A stretch of 64,000 nucleotides of DNA from Mobula hypostoma. Lineage: Eukaryota. This document shows positions 39,320 to 49,911 of the stretch, one piece after another. The stretch covers positions 930,001 to 994,000 of the forward strand of contig NC_086098.1 of the NCBI RefSeq assembly GCF_963921235.1, in the 5' to 3' direction. A program made the translations under genes and the position numbers. Position 1 is the first letter of the stretch. Each line of letters starts with the position of its first letter. The notes beneath the pieces were generated by a model. That model was not told the DNA's origin. It saw only the letters and a program-made list of their open reading frames with translations, and searched no databases.

Positions 39320-39745
39320 TAGAAAAGTTGTAGGGAAAGTCGAAAGAGATGAGGACTTCATTCCCTGGAGTGAAGGGGAATGAGGGGAGATCCGATGGTG
39401 GAATACACACAATTATTAGGGGTATGGATAAGGTAAATGCTAGCTTTTTCCACTGAGGTTGGGTGAGAATAGAACTAGAGGTCATTTGTTAAACCTGAAA
39501 GGTGAAATGTTTAAGGGGAGTATGAAGGGAAACTTTTTCATTTGGAGGGTGGTGTAAGTGTGAAATGGGGGGATGTGAGTTTTATTTCACCATTTAAGAG
39601 AAGTTTGGATAAGTACATGAATGGGTGGGATATAGAGGGCTGTTGTCCTGCAGCAGGTTGATGGGAGTATGCAGAATAATAGTTTGGCATAGGCTAAATG
39701 GGCCAAAGGCCTTTTCAGTGTTTTAGTGCTCTATGACTCTATAAT
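39320..39745 (+). mobile_element. Old degenerate CR1 3' fragment
   Basis: Residual similarity to the RT C-terminus, followed by gggccaaaggcc and a ctctatgactctat tail. Confidence 0.7.
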
Positions 39746-39829
39746 CCTAAAACAAGAATAAAAAAAATCAAAGTAAAATATAGTCTTGTCAGGCAGGAGC
39801 TGAACGTTGGATTTAATTTTCATTGGTTT

Positions 39830-40110
39830 AGGGTGCCATGGTGACATGGCAGTTATTGCAACACTCTTACAGCTTGGGGCATTCTGAAGCTTGGAATTCA
39901 GTTTTGGCGCTGTCTGTAAGGAATTTGTTCGTTCCTTCCCATGGACGCTTGGGTTTCCCCTGGGTGATCCAGATTCCTCTCTTGGTTCGTAAATGTGCTG
40001 GCTAGAAGGTTAATTTGTCAATGTAAATTGTCCTGTGGTTAGGCTAGGGTTAAATCAGTGGGTTGTTGGGCAGTGTGGCTCGTCGGGCAGGAAGGGGCTG
40101 TTTCACATTA
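39830..40110 (+). mobile_element. V-SINE/HE1-like SINE
   Basis: tRNA-like head followed by gctgtctgtaaggaatttg...tgggtttcccctgggtgatccagattcctc core and a gggcaggaaggggctgttt end. Confidence 0.6.
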
Positions 40111-40114
40111 AATG

Positions 40115-40890
40115 GAGTTATAGAGTTGTAGTAAAGAATAGCTCTGAAATAGGCTCTTTTGTTCACTCCCGACTCCCAGCAATCTGCACCAGGACCATAG
40201 CCCTCCATATCCCTACTATCCATGAACCTATCCAAACTTCTCTTAAATGTTGAAATTGAACTTTCACGCACCAGTTGTACTAGCAGCTCAATCCACACTC
40301 TCATGACCCTGAGTGAAGAAGTTTATTCTTATGTTCCCCCTTAATCTTCTCACCCTTTACCCTTAACCCATGATGTCTGGTTATGGTTCCACCCAACCTC
40401 ACTGGAAAAAGCCCACTTGCATTTACCCTGTCTATACCCCTTGTAATTTTGTATAACTCTATCAAATCTCCCCTCAATCCAAGGAATAAAGTCCAAATCT
40501 ATTCAATTTTTCCTTATAACTCTTGCGCTCCACCCGGCAACATCCTCGTAAATTTTCTCTGCACTCTTTCAACCTTCTTTACATCTTTCCTGTAGGTAGG
40601 TGACCAAAACTGCACACAATACTGCAAATTAGGTCTCACCAATGTCTTACACAACTTCAATATATCATCACATCTCCTGTACTCAGTACATTGATTTATA
40701 AAGGTCAATGTGCCAAAAGCTTTCTTTAGGACCCTATCTACCTGTGAAGTCACTTTCAATGCTTTATGGACAGATACCTTTGTTCTACCACACTCCTCAG
40801 TGCCCCAGCATTCACTGTGTAAGATCTACCCAGGTTTGTCCTACCAATGTAAAACACCTGACAGTTGTCTCCATTAAATTCCATCTGCTA
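40115..40890 (-). mobile_element. Degenerate CR1 3' fragment
   Basis: ORF 40514..40759 (LVRPNLQYCVQFWSP) and 40050..40304. Confidence 0.85.
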
Positions 40891-41168
40891 TTATTCATTT
40901 AAAAAATTCAGTAGGATATGCAGTGTCTACTCCTCTTTGATACTCCATTACACCACCCCTCCCTCCCCAACCCACATTTCGCACCCCCAATCACATCGTA
41001 TTAATGCTTCTGCAACAGAGTTGTGGCTTTAACTAATGATCAATCTTTTTAAAAGAAGGGTTAGTTACAGAAATTGAGGAGCAAGATGAAAACACCACAA
41101 GGAACACTTTTCTCTGTCTGTCTTCAATCACAAATGAAGAGAAAAGGCTGAATGCTATAACCTTTAGC

Positions 41169-41701
41169 TCAGGGATTGTCACAGTGAGTGGTGAATCTGT
41201 CAAAGATCTTTACATCAGGGATTGTCACAGACGGTGGTGAATCTGTCAGGAATCGGTACATCAGGAATCATTACGTCAGGAATTATCACAGTGGATGGTG
41301 ATTCTGTCAGGAATCAGTGCATCAGGGATTGTCACAGACGGTGACACTGTCAAGAATCAGTATGTCAGGGATTGTCACAGTGGACGGTGAATCTGTCAGG
41401 GATCGTCACAGTGGACGGGGAATCTGTCAGGGATCAGTTTGTCAGGGATTATCACAGACAGTGTCTCTGTCAGGAATCGGTACGTCAGGAGTTGTCACAG
41501 TGGACGGTGACTCTGTCAGGAATCAGTTTGTCAGGGATCGGTACGTCAGGGATTGTCACAGTGGACGGTGAATCTGTCAGGGATCAGTTTGTCAGGGATT
41601 GTCACAGTGGACGGTGACTGTCAGTAATCAGTATGTTGGGGATTGTCACAGTGCACGGTGAATCTGTCAGGGATCAGTATGTCAGGAATTGTCTCAGTGG
41701 A
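41169..41701. repeat. Compound minisatellite of ~31-bp and ~15-bp units
   Basis: Units tcagggattgtcacagtggacggtgaatctg and tcagg(g/a)atc(a/g)gt(t/a)(t/c)g, interleaved in variable order. Confidence 0.92.
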
Positions 41702-43000
41702 TTTTTCAAGAATCACTAGATACTAGAAAGGTTGACGAACTCTAGAAAAATGCATATTATACTCCACTCATTAAGAAGGATAAGAGGCAGAAGGAGATAA
41801 ATGATAGGCCAGTTAGTTTGACCTGAGCAGTTTGAAGGTGTTGAAATCAATTGTCATGGATGTGGTTATGAGGTATGTGAATGCACATGATAGGCCGTAT
41901 TCAATATGGTATCCACAAGGTGTTCCACTGGGGTGTTGGAGCCATTCCTTTTCATGGTATATGTCAAAGATATGGATGATGGAGTTGATGGCTTTGTTAC
42001 AAAGTTTGCAGATGATTCTGTCTTCTGGATTAGGTAGATAGTTTTGAAGAAGTACAGAGGCTACAGAAGGACTTAGACATATTAGGGAAATGGGCAAAGA
42101 AATGGAAGATGGAATATCCTACTGGGAAGTGTATCGTCATGCACTTTGGTAGAAGAAATAGAGGGAAAATACAAAAATCAAGGCACAAAGGGACTTCTGA
42201 GCCCTTGTGCAGGATTCCCTAAATTTAATTTACAAGTTGAGTCTGTGGTGAGGAAGGCAAACACAATGTTAGCATTTGTTTCAAGTTGACTAGAATATAA
42301 AATCAAGGATGTAATATTTAGAGTTTATAAAGCCCTGGTGAGCCCTCAGAGTACTGTGCCGTAAGATTAAAAGAGCACAAGACACAAGAGCAGAATAAGG
42401 CCATTTGGCCCATTTATTCTGCTCTACCATTTCATCATGGCTGATCATTTCTTTTTCTCTTCTCAGTCCCACTCCTCGGCCATCTCCCAGTGACCCTTTG
42501 ACACTGTGGCCCCCAATCAAGAACCTATCAATCTCTGCCTTAAATACAGCCAATGACCAGGCCTCCACTGCTGCCTGTGGTATCAAATTCCACAAATACA
42601 CTACCCTCTGGCTGAAGAAATTTCTCTGCACCTCTGTTTGAAATGGATGCCCCTCTATCCTAAGGCTGTGCCTTTTGTCCTAGACTTTTAAAGCCTCAGT
42701 ATCACTTCCCTTCTCTTATATTCAAGACCTCCTGAATGCTAACATTGTAAATGCCTTCCTCTCCACTGACTCAAGCTGCCAGTTAACCTTTAGGGTGTTC
42801 TGCACAGGGACTTTCAAGTCCCTCTGCATCTCAGATTTCTGGAATTTCTGCATATTTATTTCTTCTACTAAACAGCATGACCATGCATTTTCCAACATTA
42901 TATTTCATTTGCCACTTACTTGCCCATCCTCCTAATCTAAGTTCTTCTGCAGTCTTCCTGTTCCCTCAACACTACCTGGCCCTTCACCAATCTTTGTATC
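41702..43000. mobile_element. Two old, deleted CR1 remnants (+ 41702-42360; - 42370-43000)
   Basis: Residual RT motifs (aagtttgcagatga) and ORF 42290..42631 (RNFFSQRVV). Confidence 0.75.
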
Positions 43001-45090
43001 ATAGAAACATAGAAAGCCTACAGCACAATATAGGCCCTTCGGCTGACAAAGCTGTGCCGAACATGTCCTTACCTTAGAACTACCAAGTCTTTCCCATAGC
43101 CCTCTAGTTTTCTAAGCACCATGTACCTGTCCAGGAGTCTCTTAAAAGACCCTGTCGTTTCCGCCTGCACCATCGCCACCGACAGCCCACTCCATGCACT
43201 CATCACTCTGTGTTAATAAACTTACCCCTGACATCTCCTCTGTACCTACCTCAAAACACCTTAAAACTGTGCCTTCGCGTGCTAGCCACTTCAGACCTGG
43301 AAAAAAGCCTCTGACTATCCACACGATCAATGCCTCTCATCATCTTATACACCTCCACCAGGTCATCTCCCATTCTCCGCCACTCCAAGGAAAACAGTTT
43401 GAGTTCACTCAACCTATTCTCATAAGGCATGCTCCACAATCCAGGCATCGTCCCTGTAAATCTCTTCTGCACCCTTTCTATAGTTTCCACATCCTTTGTG
43501 TAGTAAGGTGACCAGAACTGAGCACAGTACTCCAAGTGGGGTCTGGTTAGGGTCCCATATAGCTGTAAAATTACCTGCGGCTTTTAAACTCAATCAGATG
43601 GTTAATGAAGTCCAAAGCACCGTATGCCTTCTTAACCACAGAATCAGTCAGGGCAGCAATTTTGACCCCAAGATCCCTCTGATCCTCCATACTGCCAAGA
43701 GTCTTACCATGAATATTATATTCTGCCATCATATTTGACTTACCAAAATGAACCACCTCACACTTATCTGGGTTGAACTCCATCTGCCACTCCTCAGCCC
43801 AGTTTTGATTCCTATCGATGTCCCACTTTAACCTCTGACAGCCCTCCACACAATCTACAACATCCCCAACCTTTGTGTCATCAGTAAATCTACTAACTCA
43901 TCCCTCCACTTCCACATCCAGGTCATTTATAAAAATCACAAAGAGTAGGGGGTCCCAGAACAGATCCCTGAGGTGCACCACTGGTCACCGACCTCCATGC
44001 AGAATATGACCCGTCTACAACCACTCTTTGCCTTTTGGGCGCAAGCCAATTCTGGATCCACAAAGCAAGGTCCCCTTGGATTCCAGGCCTCCTTACTTTC
44101 GTCAATAAGCCTTGAAAATGCCTTGCTGAAATCCATATACACTACTATCGCTGCTCTACCTTCATCAACGTGTTTAGTCACATCCTCAAAAAATTCAATC
44201 AGGGTCGTAGGGCACAACCTGCCTTTGGCAAAGCCATGCTGACTATTCCTAATCATATTATACCTCTCCAAATGTTCATAATCCTGCCTCTCAAGACCTT
44301 TTCCATCAACATACCAATGACTGAATTAAGACTCACTAGTCTATAATTTCCTGAGCTATCTCTACGCCCTTTCTTGAATAAGGGAACAACATCCACAACC
44401 CACCAATCCTCCGGAACCTCTCCCATCCCCATTGATGATGAAAAGGTCATTGCCAGATGCTCAGCAATCTCCTCCCTCACCTCCCATTGTAGCCTGGGGT
44501 ACATCTCATTCGGTCCCAGAGACTTATCCAACTTTATGCTTTTCATAAGCTCCAGCACATCCTCTTTCTTAATATCTATATGCTCAAGCTTTTCAATCCA
44601 CTGTAAATAATCCCTACAATCACCAAGATCCTTTTCTGTAGTGAATACTGAAGCAAAGTATTCATTAGATACCTGTGCTATCTCCTCTGGTTCCATACAC
44701 ACTTTTCCACTGTCACACTTTTCCACTCTCACATCTTATCCTCTTGCTCTTCACATACTTGTAGACTTTGTGGTTTTCTTTAATCCTGTCCACCAAGGTC
44801 TTCTCATGGTCCCTTCTGACTCTCCTAATTTCATTCTTAAGCTCCTTCCTGCTAGCCTTATAATCTTCTAGATCTCCATCATTATCTAGTTTCTTGAACC
44901 TTTCTTAAGCTCTTCTTTTCTTCTGGACTAGATGTTCAACAGCCTTTGTACACCACAATTCCTGTACCCTACCATCCTTTCCCTGTCTCATTTGAACGTA
45001 CCTATGCAGAACGCGACTCAGATATCCCCTGAACATTTGTCACATTTCTGACGTACATTTCCCTGAGAACATCTGTTCCCAATTTATGCT
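43000..45090 (-). mobile_element. 5'-truncated degenerate CR1
   Basis: Tail catagaaacatagaa at 43000. ORFs 43251..43535, 43571..43849, 43936..44271 and 44253..44732 are consecutive ORF2 segments. Confidence 0.9.
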
Positions 45091-46539
45091 CCTCCTCATC
45101 TCTGTCCTAAATCTACTCCCCCGAATCTTCAGAATCTATTGATACTTGAAAGATTATTACTAATGCCTCCATAATCTCTTCAGCTACCTCTTTCTGAACT
45201 CAGGGGTGGAGGCCATCTGGTCCAGGAGACTTACCTACCTTCAGACCTTTCAGCTTCCCAAGCTCCTTCTCATTAGTAATAGCACTGACACTCACTTCTG
45301 CCCACTAATACTCTCAGATTTCTGGCACTCTGTCACAGTGAAGTCTGATACAAAATACTTGTTAAGTTCATCTGCTATTTCTGTCCCCCTTTACTACCTC
45401 TCCAACATCATTTTCTAGCAGTCCAATATCCGCTCTCGTCTCTTTTACTCTTTATATATCTGAAAAATTTTGTAACCTCTTTTATATTGGCTAGCTACCC
45501 TTCATATTTCATCTATTCTCTCCTTATGATTTTCTTAATTGCCTTCTGCTGGCTTTTAAAAGCTTCCCAGTCCTCTACCTTTCCACTAATTTTTAGACCA
45601 GAAGACAGAGGAGCAGAAGTCAGCCATTCGGCCCATCGAGTCTGCTTCACCATTTTATCATGAGCTGATCCATTCTCCCATTTAGTCCCACTCATCCGCC
45701 TTCTCACTATAACCTTTGATGCCCTGGCTACTCAGATACCTATCAATCTCTGCCTTAATTTTTGCTCTATTATATGCTCTCGTTTACTTTTATGCTGTCT
45801 TTGACTTCCCTTGTGAGCCACAGTTGCATCATCCTCCCTTTAGAATACTTCTTCATCTTCAGTTTGAATCTAGTCTGTCTTCCACATTGCCCCAGAAACT
45901 CCAGCCATTGCTGCTCTGCTGTCATTCCTGCTTGTGTTCCCTTCAAATCAATTTTGGCCAGCTCCTCTCTCATGCCTCTGTAATTCTCATTACTCACTGT
46001 AATACGGATACATCTGACTTCAACATCTCCTTCTCAAGCTGCAGGATGAATTATATCATTTTAAGATCCTAAGGATTCTTTTACCTGAAGCTCACGGATC
46101 AAATCTGATTCATTACACAACACCCCGTCCAGAATTGGCATTCCCCAGTGGGCTTAACCAGCAGCAGCTCTAAAAAGCCATTTCAAAGGCATTCTACAAA
46201 TTCCCTCTCTTGGGATCCAGCACCAATGTGATTTCCCCAATCTACCATGAAATCCCCCATGATTATCATAACATTGCTCTTTTTGCATGCATTCTCTATC
46301 TCCCATCATAATTTTTAACCCGATTCTGTTTACTGTTTAGAGGTTTGTATATAATTCCCATCAGGGTCTTTTTACCCTCGCAGTTTCTTAACTCTACCCG
46401 CAAGCATTCTAAATTTTCTGATTCTATATTACTGCTTTCTAAGGATTTTATTTCATTTTTACCGAAAGAGCCACCCATTCCCTTTGCTACTTGCCTGTCC
46501 TTTCAATACCAATGTTAAGCTCCCAAGTATGATTTTCGT

Positions 46540-47085
46540 AACACACACAAAATGCTGGAGGAACTAAGCAGACTAGGCAGCATCTATGGAAAAAAATGCA
46601 GTCAATGTTTCAGACCAAGACACTTCAGCAGGACTGGGGGAAAAAGGATGAGGAGTGAAGTTAAATGGTGGCGGGGAGAGGAATGGGAAACACAAGGTGA
46701 TGGGTGGTAGGAGGGGGAGGGATGAAGTAAAGAGCTAGGAAGCTGATTGGTGAAAGAGATACAGGGCTGGAGAAGAGGGGATCTAATAGGAGAGGACAGA
46801 AGGCCATGGTAGAAAGAAAAGGAGGAGGAGCACTAGAGAGAGGCAAAGAAATAAGAGGGAAAAGTGGATGTGAAATGGTGAAGGAGAGTGCTGGGGAGGG
46901 GAGTTTGAGAAATCGATGTTCATACCATCAGGTTGGAGGCTACACAGATGGAATACAAGGTGTTTTTCCTCCAACCTGAGCGTGGCCTCATTATTACAGT
47001 GGATTAGGCCATGGATTAAAATATGGGAATAGAAAGTGGATTTAAAATAGGTGGCTAGTGGGAGATCCTGCACTTTCCGGCGGAA
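46540..47085 (-). mobile_element. Penelope-like element 3' fragment (GIY-YIG C-terminus + terminal region)
   Basis: ORF 46783..47073 reads QDLPLATYF...LRLEEKHLVFHLCSLQPDGMNIDFSN; homologous to 56800-57385. Confidence 0.85.
46599..46636 (-). ncRNA. Degenerate hammerhead ribozyme motif
   Basis: Minus strand reads cagtc-CTGCTGA-agtgtcttggtct-GAAA-caTT-gactg, at the same position in the Penelope end. Confidence 0.6.
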
Positions 47086-47178
47086 ATGATCTTCTTTCAG
47101 CCACGCCTCAAATGCTTACAACATTGTCTAACTGTGCTACAAGATCATGTATCTTATTCCATATGTTTCGTCCATTCA

Positions 47179-47734
47179 GTCTGAGGCCTCTGTTGGTCAG
47201 AGTTGTCCATATGTGTTGTATCCTAGCTGTCTAGATACACAGGCCAAGGCAGTACAATATGGAGAGCACGCTGTTGACTATGTAGCAAGCTCTCCCTCTC
47301 CATGCATCTGATGAACCCAAAGGAACGACAGAGACCAATGCTGTTTAGCACCAGCAGCATCACAGAAGTTGCCAGTCAGCATTGAAATCAAAGTAGGACT
47401 TCCTTAGCGACTCTAGCTCTGGATTTTTCCTTTGGGGTTTAGTCCCAAAGGCTTTCCCATGAGTGGGTATAGCTGCAAGACAGTGGAGATTTGAGATCAG
47501 AGTTTTCCACCTTCTAGATGAGCTGTTGGTTTTAAGGCACCAGTAACCTGCCTTTTCCCCTTCTCCTGTCAGTAGAAATGGTTCCACCGAGCTTAGTAGC
47601 TAAGCCACAAGTGAAGACCAGGTGCTGGACTTGGTAGTCAGAGGCTATTTGAGGTGCATGCCATTGGGAGCATTTAATAGGTAATATGAGCTCATCTCCA
47701 TTACCGCCCCCAGCTTTAATAACCTTAAGGAAAA
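47179..47734 (-). mobile_element. Non-coding short element resembling RTE 5'-UTR-derived non-autonomous elements, TSD cattca
   Basis: cattca at 47173-47178 and 47735-47740. The sequence cagctcatctagaaggtggaaaactctgatctcaaa resembles RTE 5' UTRs (recalled similarity, not searched). Confidence 0.55.
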
Positions 47735-49009
47735 CATTCAAATATACTACCTTCAATCCTGTGTTTATCACGTTTTTCAATTCTGTCCCCATTACACTTT
47801 AACTCATCCCTCTGACTGTGATTTTGGCCTATAGTCTGCCAATCCTTCCTCACTATACACTGGATGTAATTGCATACCAAGACACAACTGCATCTTCAGC
47901 TCTGTCACTCTGGTTCCCCTCCCCCTGCCAATTTAGTTTAAATTAAGGAAAGTAACGTTACTTTTAGCCAAATTGATAGAAGTCCACAAAAACATTACTG
48001 ATGGGGTGGACAGGGAAAATGCAATTGAAATTACAGAATTCCTTCAGGCAATATTTGCCAATGTTCCACATCATTGGTTGCAAGGTTAACTCCAACAGTT
48101 CAGTAAGTTAGAAATTTCCAACAGAGACAAGTGGATGGGCATCAGAACGACAGTGCTAATTTTTAATTGTTAATGCCAAGTTATTGACTCCCCAACCATA
48201 GCCTATCTAGTGAATCAAAGCGCTCCATAATTTATAAAAAAAACTCCTTCATGTTATTTGCCAAACTAGAAGTGCAATAGTTTCAGGATCCAAAGCCTTC
48301 CCCATAATTAGAGTTTCTAGACATTATCCTGTTAATATTTTGGCTTTTACTGTCTTTGTTTATGTGCAAAGAATGACCAACATTTTGATAAATGAAATTC
48401 TATATGAATTCAATATTTCTTTTTTTCTGTATTTGTTTTTTTTACAACACCTAATATTACAGTCACCTTTTTACGGCTTTATCAATGTGCATCTGCATTT
48501 TCAGAAAATTATAGCCCTAATTTTAATTGAACTCAACGGAGCGTTAAATTGCACTTGTGTAAAATGGGCACCCTACCCAGACCTGCCCCGGGGCAGGTGA
48601 GATTAAAATTACCACTTAAGTCTTCTAATTCATCTACATCCCTTGGTATCTTTCCATTAAGTGTACAGTGCCATTCTCACTGTTTTATTCCCAAAATATA
48701 TTGCTGAACATTTCTCCATCAAAAATTCCATCTGTACCTGTTTGCCAATTTCCCTGTGCCATCCCAAAGTGTTTTACTTATCTCTTGACTGTATGTCAAA
48801 GCTGGTACATTAATGTCACCAGTAGATTTTAAATTTCCTCCAGCCCAGCTCCTTATCAATAATTTATATCAAGAACAAAAGTAATCATCAAGGTTCATCA
48901 GTTTAGAATTTAGAGTCTGAGTATGGATTAGGTGTGTCTCAGCCGGATCATGTTCACACCTGTCATAGAATGATAAGGGTTCAGAAAATAATGCTCACCG
49001 CACTATTCA

Positions 49010-49905
49010 TCTGGGGGAATAGATGGATTTCAGGGTCCATGTTTATAGATCCCTTACAAAAAAGTGTTGGCCTTCATTGGCCGTGGGCCTGAATTCAAGA
49101 GCCGCAGGGTAAATTGCAGCTCTGTAAAAACCAGGTTAGACCATACTTGGGTATTGTGTTCTTATACGAAGAATTTGGAAGCTTTAGAGAGAGTGCAGAA
49201 GAGGTTTACCAGGAATCTGCCTGGACTGGAGAGCATAACTTATGAAGAGAGGCTAAGCAAGCTAAGACGTTTCACTGTGAAATGAAAGAGGATGAGAGGC
49301 AAAGTGATAGACATAGACATACCCAGAGTTGAGAGCCAGGCACTTTTTCCCAGGATAAAAATGGCTAATATAAGAAATCATATTGTTAAGGTGTCTGGAG
49401 GAAAATTTAGAGGATATAAAAGGTAGGAATTTTACAGAATGGTGGGGGTGTGAAACATGCTGCCAGGGCTGGTGGTAGAGGCAGATACATTTTGAGACAT
49501 TTAAAAGACTCTTAGAAAGGCACATAGATGATAGCAAAATGGAGGGTTATAGAACATAGAACATAGAATAGTACAGGACAGTACAGACCCTTCGGCCCAC
49601 AATGTTGTGCCGACCCTCAAACCCTGCCTCCCATATAAGTCCCCACCTTAAATTCCTCCATATACCCGTCTAGTAGTCTCTTCAACTTCACTAGTGTATC
49701 TGCCTCCACCACTGACTCAGGCAGTGCATTCCACACACCAACCACTCTCTGAGTAAAACACCTTCCTCTAATTATCCCCCTTGAACTTCCCACCCCTTAC
49801 TTTAAAGCCATGTCCTCTTGTATTGAGCAGTGGTGCCCTGGGGAAGAGGTGCTGGCTATCCACTCTATATATAGGAGGAAAGGGTTAGATTGATCTTAGA
49901 ATAAC
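49010..49905 (+). mobile_element. Old CR1 3' fragment with a nested minus-strand CR1 3' piece (49549-49870)
   Basis: ORF 49064..49285 (ALERVQKRFTR). The inner piece has a (TTCTATG)n tail and matches 5480-5787. Confidence 0.85.
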
Positions 49906-49911
49906 ACCCAG

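Larger units (their letters stand above)
45130..47945 (-). mobile_element. Old CR1 ORF2 5' half, interrupted by a short CR1 tail (~45595-45757), a Penelope and an RTE-like insert
   Basis: ORFs 45770..45997 and 46296..46478 are endonuclease/tether fragments. The VVYLNA motif is split at 47178/47735. Confidence 0.75.

Noticed and set aside
41169..41701. CRISPR-like array or repeat-protein CDS (ORFs 41317..41571, 41372..41617)
   Set aside because: No unique spacers, no cas genes and a eukaryotic context. The ORFs arise from stop-poor repeat units.
47306..47340. CTGATGA at ~47308 as another hammerhead
   Set aside because: No correctly spaced GAAA or flanking stems are visible.
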